A stretch of DNA of 62,603 nt, counting the filler, from Basidiobolus ranarum (lineage: Eukaryota): assembly GCA_040143965.1 (NCBI GenBank). It is 10 parts of 10 records of this genome, joined end to end, with 100 filler letters (N's around TTAATTAATTAA, not from the genome) between each part and the next. Parts side by side here need not be neighbours in the genome. Positions count along the whole stretch, not along the records: positions 37,658 to 43,821 come from JASJQH010001390.1; positions 43,922 to 50,083 come from JASJQH010001391.1; positions 50,184 to 56,344 come from JASJQH010001392.1; 7 more parts are not named here. One strand, written 5' to 3'. The notes beneath the pieces were generated by a model. It was not told the DNA's origin. It did no database searches and saw nothing but the letters and a program-made list of their open reading frames with translations. Below are positions 38,616-50,370 of this stretch, in pieces. The position numbers were made by a program, and so were the translations under genes. The stretch's first letter is position 1, and each line of letters opens with the position of its first letter.

Positions 38616-38832
38616 TTAGCAATTGCGAGGGTTACGCGCACACCACAATGGTTGCATAGAATCCACTCCGATGTCACGATCAACCAAACGTGCTCTTTGC
38701 TCCTGAGTACCCATAATGATTGTCTATTTTCTTATATACTTTTAGATTCTGTTATTATTATCAGTCATTAAGCTAGCGTAGATGTTTGTTACAGGATTTC
38801 TGTAAGTAGTAATTCCTTATATGTGTAGATTG
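38616..38832 (-). pseudogene. GH20 remnant: promoter fused directly to the last ~31 codons
   Basis: 38616-38710 encodes QEQRARLVDRDIGVDSMQPLWCARNPRNC*. It is joined directly to a copy of the upstream/TATA region of the 37909 copy. Confidence 0.85.
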
Positions 38833-39404
38833 ACTTTTTCATGCCTGACTTAATCTCGAATTCACTTCTTGCGGACAACGCTATACAGCAGCATTAGTCT
38901 CCAATTATAATGAATTTCGAGAGAACTTTGGCGTGTAACATGCTGAATTGGTGCAGGCGGAGCTTCTTTGGGGGCCTAGTCAATGTGTACCTATTACCAT
39001 CGAACCGGTTATAGCTGACACTCAGCTTTAGTATAACTTTGATATACAAACACAGCACTACTAGTTTCATTTGATATTCAAAATTGCTATTTTACCTCAC
39101 TTCGGGAAATCTCTTGCTGAATGTTTGTTCAATTTGAATTATGAAGTGAATCTTGAGTTGCATAACCCTCTGTTGAATAGTGTGACTAAGCAATGAGGTA
39201 ACTTCACCTGGTCAGATCACTCACACTCAGTAATTGACCATGTAAAGTAAAACCAATAATTGAACCACGAATAAATGTTTTAAAGCTTATATATTACTAA
39301 TGGCATTAGGAATTGACACAGTCTACGTAATAGTAACCCGAAGTCAACTGATTAGACATTTATTAAGAAAGTGTAACGAATAACTGATTTAATGATGAGA
39401 AACT

Positions 39405-40579
39405 CTAGCCATTACGAGGGTTACGGGCACACCACAATGGTTGCATAGGATCCACTCTGATGTTACGATCAATCAAACGTGCTCTTTGCTCGTGAATACG
39501 GGGGAACACATCTTCAGTCTTACGAATAGTGCCATCAGCAAGCTTGATGTCGGACCACGTCACTTCTGCAGCAGCGGCACCACGAGGCCACAAAGTACGA
39601 TCGAGGTTGGTGCTGTCAATCTGTTCACTCCATAGCGCCACTTCTCCACCAAGAACAAACTTCGCCCCCTCTTTGGTCATATTGGCGGTGAGGTCATAGT
39701 GGTAGGCCACCTGCCAGCTCTTGAAAGGATTGCACCACGAGTTACCTTGACTGTCACTGATCCAAGCACCATGACCACAGTCGAAATACCATTTCTCGTA
39801 GCTGGTGGCAATCATACGGTAGCCAGCACGAACAACCTTCAAAGCATCGGCAACACTGAGCCATACTTGAACGGCAACATCCTTGCCAATAGGGACAAGA
39901 TGGCCAGTCAAGGTTTCCGGCCAGGTGATTGGGATCTTGTTATTGACGAAATCATCTTCAAACCATTGGGTGACTTCCTTAAGGAGGTTACGAACAATCT
40001 CGTCCGTCTTAGGATTGATGATGTTCAATTGACCACTGATAGGCGCAGCAGAATAGCCACTTCAGTCAGGTTGTTAGTTAATGTAAGAGACAATCTCAGA
40101 GAAAGCAAGCCCCCATGAGCAGGCACGACTAGGGGTGTTTAACTAACGAACAACGAAAATACCACGGTCCTTAGCGTAGCAAACAAGGCCACGAATATCG
40201 ATCTCGGTGTAGACCCAATTCTTGCTATAGGCTCCCTTATCAGCAAGTTCAGGATAGGTAGAGGTCTTGAGGGGGAAGCTGTGCTGATCGACGATATGCC
40301 AGTGAAGAACATTAAGCTTGTTGTAAGACATAGCATCTAGAATACGTTTGATATCTTCGACCTTGAGGAAATTGCGAGACGAATCGATAAGTACACCACG
40401 ACGGATGAAGACTAGCTTGCCCGAGATCGGGATGGGAGCGATTAACAGGTCGTTCAAGAATATATGATCCTGCTGAGGCTTTGATACTGAAACCAAGGTT
40501 GTACTTCTCAACACAAATGACAGTGTTTTCATCATCCATCTTGTAAGAAACAACCAAGAGAGAGATGGATGGCTACCAT
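39405..40579 (-). pseudogene. GH20 hexosaminidase pseudogene with deletions and frameshifts, catalytic motif lost
   Basis: Begins MVAI; fragments lie in different frames. Most of the N-terminal domain is deleted. 'QWFEDDFVNNKIPITW' lacks the HIGGDE..VRENK segment of the intact copy. Confidence 0.9.
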
Positions 40580-41222
40580 GGTTGAAAGTGTGTAGCAAAG
40601 TGTGTTCCAATATACTCTTAATGGATCGAACATTTTCTTTGACGTATTGAGCTCGTATCATAATTATCAATCATTGTCCTAACCAGGAATTGTTCATTGA
40701 TTTTCTTGAAATGGCAATACTCTAAAAGTGTAGATTGCCATTGTCACGCGGGAATTATATCTTGTCCAAATCCGGGATTCACCTTGCGTGGAGTACAATC
40801 CATTAGTACAGAGTTACACTAATCCGGAGCAATTTTTAAAGTGCACCCTAATGAAAAGGCGCTGATGGGTTAGGCTAGCCCAACATATGCCTACCGGTTA
40901 TCCACACTCTTGTTAGGTAAACATTAAATCTTAGTTATTTTGATTATGACTAACTTCACAACGACTTGAAATTGTTCCAAATTTCTCCCTCACTGCCACT
41001 ACCAGAAACACATTAACAAATTAACTATATTCTTGGAGTACATGGAGGGATCCAAGATGAACCTTACAACAAATACTTGAAAAATTCGACAAATAAGTTT
41101 GTTTCAGTCTAAAATGTTTTAAAGCATCGAAAACTAAAAATTAATTCTATTCCAAATTTTATCCGTTCAAAAGTAGTAAAGCTTTATTAATATCTTGTAA
41201 CTAATGTAGCAAATGCAAGAGT

Positions 41223-42911
41223 TTAGCAGTTACGGGGATTGCGGGCACACCACAATGGTTGCATAGGTTCAGCTGCGATACCACGATCAACCAGACGTGC
41301 TCTTTGCTCGTGAATACGAGGGAACACATCACCAGTCTTACGAATAGTGCCATCTGCGAGTTTGATATCGGACCAGAGAACTTCGGCAGCAGCGGCACCA
41401 CGAGGCCACAAGACACGATCGATATTGATACTATCGATTTGTTCAGCCCAGAGTGCAACTTCACCACCAATAACAAGCTTAGACTCTTCTTTGGTCATGT
41501 TGGCGGTGAGGTCGTAGTTGTAGACAATTTGCCAGCTCTTGTAAGGATCACACCATGAGTTGCCTTGGCTGTCACTGATCCAAGCGCCACGTCCGCAATC
41601 GAGATACCATCTCTCATAACTGGTGGCAATCACACGATAGCCAGCACGGACAACCTTCAAGGCGTCTGAAGCACCGAGCCATACTTGAACGGCCACATCC
41701 TTACCCATGGGGATGTGGTGATTGGTCAAAGCCTCTTGCCAGGTGATTGGGATTTTCTTGTTCTCGCGAACCCAGCCGTGACTCTTGACAATGAACTCCT
41801 CAAGAAGAATATCCAGGGTAGTGTTATGAGATGAGAGGTACTCAGGGTAACCGGGGGATGATTCCCAACACTTGAAGTTGACCTCATCACCACCGATGTG
41901 GACGAACTCATCATCGAACCATTGGGTGACTTCCTTGAGGAAGTTGCGCACAATCACATCGGTCTTGGGGTTGATAATGTTTAGTTGACCGCTGGATGGC
42001 TCAGCAGCGTGATCACTCCAGTTGGGTTGGGTGTTCATGCAAGATACGATCTCAGGGAAAGCAAGACCCCATGTGTAGGCGTGACCAGGGATATCGAACT
42101 CCGGAACAACACGGACACCTCGATCCTTAGCATAGCTAACAATGCCGCGGATATCGGCCTCGGTGTAGACCCATCTCTTGCTGTAGGCGCCTTTCTCGGA
42201 AAGCTCAGGATAGGTTTTGGTCTGAACAGGGAAACTATGCTGATCGATGATGTGCCAGTGGAGCACATTGAGCTTGTTGTAAGACATACCATCTATGGTA
42301 CGCTTGATATCTGCGATCTTAAGGAAGTTGCGGGATGAGTCGATCATCACACCACGATGAGGGAACGCTGGCTTATCAGTGATGGATACTGGGGCCAATG
42401 GAATGCGATACTGGTTGGTCTCTTCAGTCCACTTGATCAATTGAGAGAATGACTCCAGTCCACGGAGAGCTCCATACACACTGTTAGCTTTAAGGGTGGC
42501 CTGGCCACCTTGAGCAGGGACATCAAGAGAGTAGGACTCATCAGTGTCAAGATTGAGTTTGGTATCGGTTCCATTCACCACAATGCTGAGACCTGTCAAG
42601 ATTGCGGATGTGCCCTTAGGAGCGGGTGCCTGAGTAGGGACAGATGTAGTGGGGGTGGGGAATACAGTCTTCTCAACAGTATCGAGAAGGGAGCCATATT
42701 CACCTTCGATGAAGATCAGCTTCTTGTAGCGCTCAACAGCTCTCTCGAGAATATCAGAACCAGCTGGAGCTTTGATGCTGAAACCAAGGTTAAACTTGTC
42801 AACGCGAATGATGGTGTTTCCAACATCCATCTTCGCAGGTAAGGGCCAAACCCAAGCCAAGGAAGAGGCAGCGAAGAGAGAGATTGTTGAAAGAAGTTTG
42901 ATGGCTACCAT
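41223..42911 (-). CDS. Secreted GH20 beta-N-acetylhexosaminidase (eukaryotic Hex/NagA type), intact and intronless
   Basis: Signal peptide; DKPAFPHRGVMIDSSRNF, NKLNVLHWHIID, RGVRVVPEFDIPGH, catalytic HIGGDE, WYLDCG, GGEVALWAE, WPRGAAAAE, QPLWC. Confidence 0.96.
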   Translation of the reverse strand: MVAIKLLSTISLFAASSLAWVWPLPAKMDVGNTIIRVDKFNLGFSIKAPAGSDILERAVERYKKLIFIEGEYGSLLDTVEKTVFPTPTTSVPTQAPAPKGTSAILTGLSIVVNGTDTKLNLDTDESYSLDVPAQGGQATLKANSVYGALRGLESFSQLIKWTEETNQYRIPLAPVSITDKPAFPHRGVMIDSSRNFLKIADIKRTIDGMSYNKLNVLHWHIIDQHSFPVQTKTYPELSEKGAYSKRWVYTEADIRGIVSYAKDRGVRVVPEFDIPGHAYTWGLAFPEIVSCMNTQPNWSDHAAEPSSGQLNIINPKTDVIVRNFLKEVTQWFDDEFVHIGGDEVNFKCWESSPGYPEYLSSHNTTLDILLEEFIVKSHGWVRENKKIPITWQEALTNHHIPMGKDVAVQVWLGASDALKVVRAGYRVIATSYERWYLDCGRGAWISDSQGNSWCDPYKSWQIVYNYDLTANMTKEESKLVIGGEVALWAEQIDSINIDRVLWPRGAAAAEVLWSDIKLADGTIRKTGDVFPRIHEQRARLVDRGIAAEPMQPLWCARNPRNC

Positions 42912-43638
42912 TATGCGGACAGTGCAGAGAAGTACTAGTTATGCTTAATCTAGCAAGTATAAACGGATTTCTTATATACATTTTCCTGTGTACGTTTTCT
43001 CTCAATATCAAGTTTGTATCAATAATTGTACTACTCTCAAATTTTAGTACCGGAATTGTTGAAGTAGGAGTTCCTTAAATGTAGATATTAAAATTGTCAT
43101 GCATAAATCTCGTACGCGTGATGGATTACTGATTGGATTAAACGTACAAGTTGATAATATATTACAGTTAGACGGATATTGATTTTGAGTTCAGAACGCC
43201 TTAAGTGTACAACATTGGAGTACAGTCTTACAGGCTACTTGACGAGTTCAACGGATGGAAACTAGTTGCTCGCAAGCTGGTTAATATTGCTACTAAATTT
43301 CAGTAATATTTTGAATTACAGGCGAAGTTAGCTCATTTTAGTTCGGTAGGGCTTATATCGCCTGACCGGGATTATATCTTGTTCTATATAACTTAATACA
43401 TGTTGAGTTCAAATATTTCGCTCGTTTTAGCGAACTCACACTAATCACAAGGAGGTTTACTTGAATGAATTCCTCATTATTAGATAGCAACAACAAAGTA
43501 GCAAACATATCATAGGGCCAAACATCCACTCAACAAGGATTATATTAATAACTGCTGCAAAGATAGTTGGAATTGAAGATATGACTTGTTCTTTATTACA
43601 ATCTTGAGACGATTGTGATCATTTACTAATGAAAGACT

Positions 43639-43821
43639 TTAACAGTTACGAGGATTGCGAGCACACCACAATGGCTGCATAGGTTCAGCTCCGATGCCAC
43701 GATCAACCAGACGTGCTCTTTGCTCGTGAATACGAGGGAACACATCACCAGTCTTACGAATAGTGCCATCTGCGAGTTTGATATCGGACCAGAGAACTTC
43801 GGCAGCAGCGGCACCACGAGG
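43639..43821 (-). CDS. GH20 beta-N-acetylhexosaminidase, 3' end of another tandem copy (cut by contig end)
   Basis: PRGAAAAEVLWSDIKLADGTIRKTGDVFPRIHEQRARL..CARNPRNC*, nearly identical to 41223-41405. Confidence 0.85.
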   Translation of the reverse strand, partial: PRGAAAAEVLWSDIKLADGTIRKTGDVFPRIHEQRARLVDRGIGAEPMQPLWCARNPRNC

Positions 43822-43921
43822 NNNNNNNNNNNNNNNNNNNNNNNNNNNNNNNNNNNNNNNNNNNNTTAATTAATTAANNNNNNNNNNNNNNNNNNNNNNN
43901 NNNNNNNNNNNNNNNNNNNNN
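43822..43921. other. Artificial contig linker
   Basis: N44-TTAATTAATTAA-N44. Confidence 0.98.
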
Positions 43922-45722
43922 GGTGTTGAGACACCCTTAGCCCCTTCCGTATATCCTGCACCTTATCCGACTGCCATTAACCCTGCTTCGAACAGTAATG
44001 GGACAGTAACAGCTGCTAATGGTGATGGCAAAAGTAATTCTGGTGCTATTGCAGGTGGTGTAATTGGTAGTATTGCTTTTATCGCTTTATTAGCTGGATT
44101 GGTTCTATACAGGCGTAGAAGGAACAAAAGGAAAAATACTGACATAGCTCCACTGTCAGTGAATAACGATGAACCTTCATCTGGCGGAGGATTTTTCTCA
44201 AGATTTGGGAATAACATGAATATGCCCGCTTTTACTAGAATGAACAATCAATCTTCAGATTTGGATGGGAATGGCAACCCTGCAGGTAAAGCACTTCTAA
44301 ATTTATGAAGTACAATTGATCATTTTCTGATGGAAAAAAATCTCTTCAGATACAGCATCAGGTAGACCTAACATGTCAACCAATATGAGCTACCAACCGA
44401 ATCGTTTTGACTCTATGGGTAAGTTTTGAATTTAAATGGATTATTATCTGTTTATTGAGGCTTATCTACTGTTTTCTATTGCCAGCTACATTTCCGGCTG
44501 CAGCCAGAATACAAGATATTCGTGAAGAACCTAGAGAGAACGAAGCCATGAGAATTAAACCCGATCCAATAATGCACAATCAAGAAGCCCATTTTATCGG
44601 TAAATCTGTTTACTTGCCTATTGACTCATCGAATATGTTTGCTTATCAGACCATCTTTTTCTCTTTTAAAAGATTCCATAAGGAGCGCTAAACCTCTGCC
44701 TACTCCTAATAGGGAACAACCCAATACTAACACTACGACTACAGTATTGCCAAACTTCCAAAATGAGCCTATAAATATTACAAATCCCACTTATCATAAG
44801 CCTTTGAATCACGCGTTAGATATCTCACAGAACTCTGTTAACAACAGTGAAAATGTGGTAACTTCATCTATGGCTCCATTGTCTACAATACACCGACCTA
44901 CTCCCGCAGTACCCCTTAAGGACGAGACTAACCTATCCAGTGCCATAACGCCCCGAGATAATGGTATCCCAGTAAATAACGAAAGGTCTAAACCGTATTC
45001 ACCCGCTTCAAAATTAACGGAAACACCCAAAAGCTTCAATGAAAGAGGAAATGAGAAACCTCCCTATAACGTCTCTAGAAAGATTGGTTCTGAGGAAGTA
45101 TATCCTGAAATGATTACAAACACACCGTCGGATAAAATTTCCAGTAGAGGAAGTAATGTAACAAGTCCTAAATTTGACATTGCCAACATGCCCGGACTAG
45201 TAAATACCATGAAGAATAGGAGCACAAACCAAGATATGAACGATTTAAAGCCACCCAAAAACAATATTTCTCATCATGAAAATCTCTCCAAATCTAGTGT
45301 TCTTAGTAATGCGTCTGGAATGAGTGAAGGCGGTATTTTGGGTGAACCCTTAGAAGGTAACATGAATATGTTCACTTGCGCTTTATACGAGCTTCACATT
45401 AATAACACCATTTCTTTCAATAGAAACAGTGATTGTTGGCTTTAACCAAAGTCAATCTACTTTGAGCTCTCATGCTTCCGACGGCCCGGTAGTCCAGCAT
45501 ACGTTGAATTCCAAAGATCCATTTGATTCTCGGCTGGTAATGACGGCAGTTTCATCATACATGCCCCAAAGACCAAATGAAATAATGGTGCTCCCTGATG
45601 ATAAGTTACTAATCAGCGAAGAGGTTGGTGAGGAATGGCTTGTCGGATACAATAATTCTCGTAACCCGGGGGTTAAGGGGTACTTCCCTCGCGGGTGTGT
45701 TGTTGGTGGATACTTCAACTAA
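43922..45722 (+). CDS. Single-pass membrane protein with a disordered cytoplasmic tail and C-terminal SH3 (Fus1-like architecture), multi-exon, 5' end cut
   Basis: TM segment GAIAGGVIGSIAFIALLAGLVLY followed by RRRRNKRK. GT-AG introns. SH3: MTAVSSYMPQRPNEIMVLPDDKL..EWLVGYNNSRNPGVKGYFPRGCV. Confidence 0.8.
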
Positions 45723-48700
45723 GTACACAAACTACTAATAGTAAATTTTTGCAGGCAGATAATTGAGTAGTAATGATTTAATTTGTGGGTATTATCCATA
45801 TATCAGCCCAGTAAACATATAATCTGTTATTAATTTTGATATGATACAAATTCTACAATTTATATAAACGAAAGCCATTCGGAAACACTTTGAAAATTTG
45901 TATTTGCTTGTCTATAATCCAAACTTTCAATTCTCTAAATCCAGGATTGGTTGGCCCGACGCAGCGTCAGTAATGAATCAAACCACTCCTACAAGCTCTA
46001 CTGATCACTGTAGGTTCTTTGTGGTTTCCTTTAATCTTACCAATTTTAAACTCTTCAGCTTTGACTCCTTACTTTGAATATTTATCGCCTATATTCTCTG
46101 CCTATTCAGGGATATTTGAACAAAAACTATGTATTTGCTTCGCCGTCAAATTTAGCTATACTGGCACCAGGAGACTGCTTTAATGGAAAGTGAGCGATGT
46201 AAAGGAACTCATATTTTAGGAGTCTGTGTAGAAAATCTCGACTCTGAAATTAGCAGGAGTGAAAATACACTCATAGTGTGCTCTTTAATGAGCTATGGTC
46301 TTTTGTCTATATCTTATTAAACATGATCAATACAAGAAGAGCGGGGTTTGCCATACCTGATTTTCAAGCGTGAATACTACTGAAAATGAACAAGGGAACA
46401 TTCTCTGGCACCTTAGTACACTCCAGTCAAACAGGATTCAATTAAATATCACGCCTGGCAATCAACGCTACTCTGTCTAATTTAAGATATGTCTGTATCA
46501 CGTCTCTTCCGCATCGGTCTTGGGAGAGTGACTACATTGTCATGCGCTGATTTTCATCGATGTGTGAATTTGTAAGTTGTTATTTCGATTTACATATTAG
46601 AAATAATTGTGTATGCATGTAGCACAATTACTCTGTGAGTTCATAATATTAATATTTCTTTTCACGCTTCAACTTGTTCAGGGGAGCCGATATTGATTTC
46701 GTTTAAAGGAATCCCTAATGAATCACCGCAACCTTCTTTCAATATCAGGCTTTGTGCGTATATGACTGCTTCTTTCGAACATCCCTGTACATGTAGAATT
46801 AATATCCCTTTATTACAGGTGATATAAAGATCAACGACCTTGACTTACTCAATGTGCGGATATAAGCAACTCAACTGCGTTCAGCTGCCTGACCTTCTTG
46901 ACTGAGCCTAAAACACGGTCGGTTCATTATTATACCTTGTTTAGAATACATAAATAATTTGAATTGAATGAGCTATATGCATCTATACTTTAGGGCAATG
47001 GTAATGCATCTAGAGATTCCCAATAAGGAAACATCGTAATTCGTCAATGCTACGAGTAGCTCAAGATACACATCAAGTGATCGTCAGAATGGTTGGACAT
47101 TCCTTTGATATGTGTACAGCACACCTGCTCTGATTTGATAAATACAGTAAACCCAGTTCATGAGGGATGTTCTATAAGCTTGATGTAAAGACCCAATCAA
47201 GGGTATTTCGCTTCAGCCGTTCGAGATGCCCTAGCATTTGGCTAGTATTGTTTGGAATACATGGATCAATCACTATTCAAACCTGGAATGTGCGTATCTG
47301 AGCATCGGTGCTTCCAGATCTGCTTTAAAAACAATGGAACTCTCCCTATTATTGAAGCCTCACAGCTTTTCTCGCATTAGTTTTGGACCAGGCCAATACA
47401 CATCTGTACAAATGGGCGCAGTTATTTGTGTAATAACATTGAGTTGACAATAGAAAAAAACTTGCATTATGATTCCCATTCATTAGTAATGGTGACGAAA
47501 TAACCTGAAACTAGCTCTTTACCAAAAGAATCAGCTTATTCGTATGGCATATTGATGTTGAGAAGGCAGTGCATATAATTGTGTTGTTTCATGATAGTTT
47601 AGAATTGCTGACTAGCACTGTTTTAGGCGCACTGATACTCTCGTTTACAAAATGCGGTTTCATTGGCTTTCATACTTGTAAATCAGTTCACGACTTCATC
47701 CTAGAGACTGAAATTTATTGGGTAGTTCATTGATGACTGGAGATTTAAACGTTTTAAGATTGTTCAAAACAACACATCTTGACAACTTTGGTTTTCCTCC
47801 ACTGCATTCTGAATGATTAACCACGCAATAAACACAGATCATAAAAACTTCCTAACAAAGACATTGCTAATCAGCCTACACTTGTGGTAAATATGGCCAT
47901 CCCATTCAATTTCCTTATTGGCCAAATCGCGTTTGCTTATGCCATGATTGAGTAAATTTCAAATGAATTTCTGGCCCTAAGGTAGTAAATTAAGTCGCTT
48001 GATTGTCGATAGTGAAACGAAACATTAGCATCTTCACCTATTCTAGTCCTCTATAAAACAGACGTAATTCTAAAATATCTCAAGATAGTAAATTACCGAT
48101 CATAGCTCATGCCCTTATTAGGACTGCTAAGCAGCAATCAATTCCAACCAATCCCGAATCAGTAAACTGACAGTCCAGTGGACTCCAATTAGATATATTA
48201 CATTAGCATGGCTCAATAGATTTTCCAATGACACGAGCAACTTCCTGGATGCAAGGTGCTGCTTTACAAACAGCGGATGACAAAATTTTCAAGTGTACTT
48301 TTAAGGATATGAATGCAATGTACCTCCAAATACAACCGACGGTCTTCGGATGGAATCCGTAGATGGAATATGGAAAATGCTAGGTATATGGGCAGAATAA
48401 TGGTTGAAAATGCATGTATCACATCATGATTCCTAGAGCTTTCGACGACTAAATTTCCACAGCTCCATGTTTAATTGGTAATAAATATATCCGTCAATGC
48501 AAAGAATTGACTTTTCTCAATTGCATGCGCTATTGAAAACTCTACGCACATAGCTGTGCGTGACAGAGATTAGGACTGTGTCTAATTTAATCTATCTTAT
48601 CCGATTCTCTTCTCACCTCAAGAGTAAACTAGAATCCCCCTGTTTCATCCACCTCCTGTAATGACATCGTAATCGAGTGAAGACAGGGCGAGAGGTTTGC

Positions 48701-49634
48701 TCAAGTGGCAAACCTCTATACAACTCTTGATCTAAAATCCATGAGGAAACCAATACAATTGCATTATCTATTTACTTCAAACATCGCATTGTATTTTAAA
48801 ATACGTTCAGTTACATGATGCTAGACCTTGGTCCAATAGAAGTGAAAGAATTTAGATACTGATTAAACAAAGTGACAAGAAGTTTCTTCAGAACCTCCGT
48901 AAAAACCTAGTGAATTCTCTGACGTGTTTACGAGAAATGTTAGTATTACATATGGCGTAGATAGTCGAGCAGCTTGATTGAAATGTTAATACTTGAAATG
49001 TTCTAAGCAGTAGGCTTTGTACTTATCGTCGAGCTGTCGACTTTTAGGTACCACAATATGTCCTCTAGCTAGATACTTACATGGACATTTCAGGATTCAT
49101 TATATTGTAAAAATATGTTTAGACTATAGATCAATACACTCTCCTCTGTAGTGGGCTTTGGGAATCCTCTATGTATCATTACATAATCGTATCTACCGAT
49201 TGCTATGACACAAGAATATTATCGATTTCCGAGTTTGCTAAGCTGAATCATATCGAACTCTATTCGACTATTCACTTTCAATTATAGTAAGCACTATACC
49301 ACCAACATTCAATCTACTATTAATGATAGATATCACCTAGAAGGTGGATCCATCTGCATTAGCCAAAATCAGGTAGCACGTGAGCTGTGGTTGTTCTCCT
49401 TCCCTTTAAATATCTCCACTCAGCCCACCCTACAGTATTCAACCTCAGCGAAATCATTAACGCCAAACGATTCATTTCTATCCCTTCTCATCTCTCTCCT
49501 CCATTTATCATATTTCGTTGCCCCCAAGGTTGATTTTATTCGCAAAGGATCTTCCATATTCTAGCTTTCTACAAAGTACGCCTTTAATATTTAGTATCCA
49601 GCTTTGAATCTCTTATTTAACTTTGAGCCTAAAC

Positions 49635-50083
49635 ATGGTTGAAAGCACCAACAAAGATGGTGTGGAAATAGAGATCGGCAGGCTTCGGGATTCCTCATTT
49701 TCCTTAACACCTGCTCAGATCATGGAGTGGGTTGATAACAAAGATTTAGACGCTCTTGTAAACCACAACGGGATCGATGGTATTCTTAGTGGCCTCCAAA
49801 CTGACATTGCTACGGGATTAAATACAGAGGATACGTTTATTGGAGAGACTGAAAATAACGATTCTCCAGACAAAGCCAAGTGCGGCCTTCTCGCTCAAAG
49901 TCTTGACCAACGCCGTCAAGTATTTGGCACCAACATTCTCCCTGAGGCTAAAGCTAAAAATATACTTCAACTGATATGGATGGCCTATCAGGATAAGATG
50001 TTGATTCTTCTTACTATTGCTGCACTTGTATCCCTGGCACTGGGTATCTACGAGGATGTTACCACAACTACTGGGGACGATAT
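49635..50083 (+). CDS. PMC1: PMCA-type (P2B) Ca2+-transporting ATPase Pmc1, N-terminus only
   Basis: NGIDGILSGLQTDIATGL..QRRQVFGTNILPEAKAKNILQLIWMAYQDKMLILLTIAALVSLALGIYE: P2B ATPase N-terminal domain and TM1. Confidence 0.88.
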
Positions 50084-50183
50084 NNNNNNNNNNNNNNNNN
50101 NNNNNNNNNNNNNNNNNNNNNNNNNNNTTAATTAATTAANNNNNNNNNNNNNNNNNNNNNNNNNNNNNNNNNNNNNNNNNNNN
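50084..50183. other. Artificial contig linker
   Basis: N44-TTAATTAATTAA-N44. Confidence 0.98.
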
Positions 50184-50370
50184 TATCACACAAGAGAGAG
50201 TTCTTCATACCCTCGTGGCCGACGAACTTTTCAGTTGCAACTACGCAGCTTATAACTCTACTGGAGAAAGCGTTGATTGATGCCATATCCTCTTTCTCGG
50301 ACTGAACTGGGCATTCGGGAACTCTGGTGTAAGAGCTTTTAGGGAAACAACAAGAAAAAATTGCGAACAT
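50184..50370 (-). CDS. Hypothetical protein N-terminus (cut by contig start)
   Basis: ATG-initiated frame MFAIFSCCFPKSSYTRVP.. runs to the gap, with a TATATAA about 60 nt upstream. No family recognised. Confidence 0.4.

Noticed and set aside
41223-42911. Bacterial horizontal origin for the intronless GH20
   Set aside because: Motifs WYLDCG, NSWCDPYKSW and QPLWC match eukaryotic Hex/NagA-type enzymes; lack of introns alone is insufficient.
12570-43821. A chitin/cuticle-degradation cluster made of the subtilase, 2H protein and GH20 genes
   Set aside because: They lie on different contigs; proximity results from size sorting.
49380-49450. CTCAGCCCAC and CCTCAGCG upstream of PMC1 as Crz1 sites
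   Set aside because: Only partial matches to the CDRE consensus and too short to distinguish from chance.
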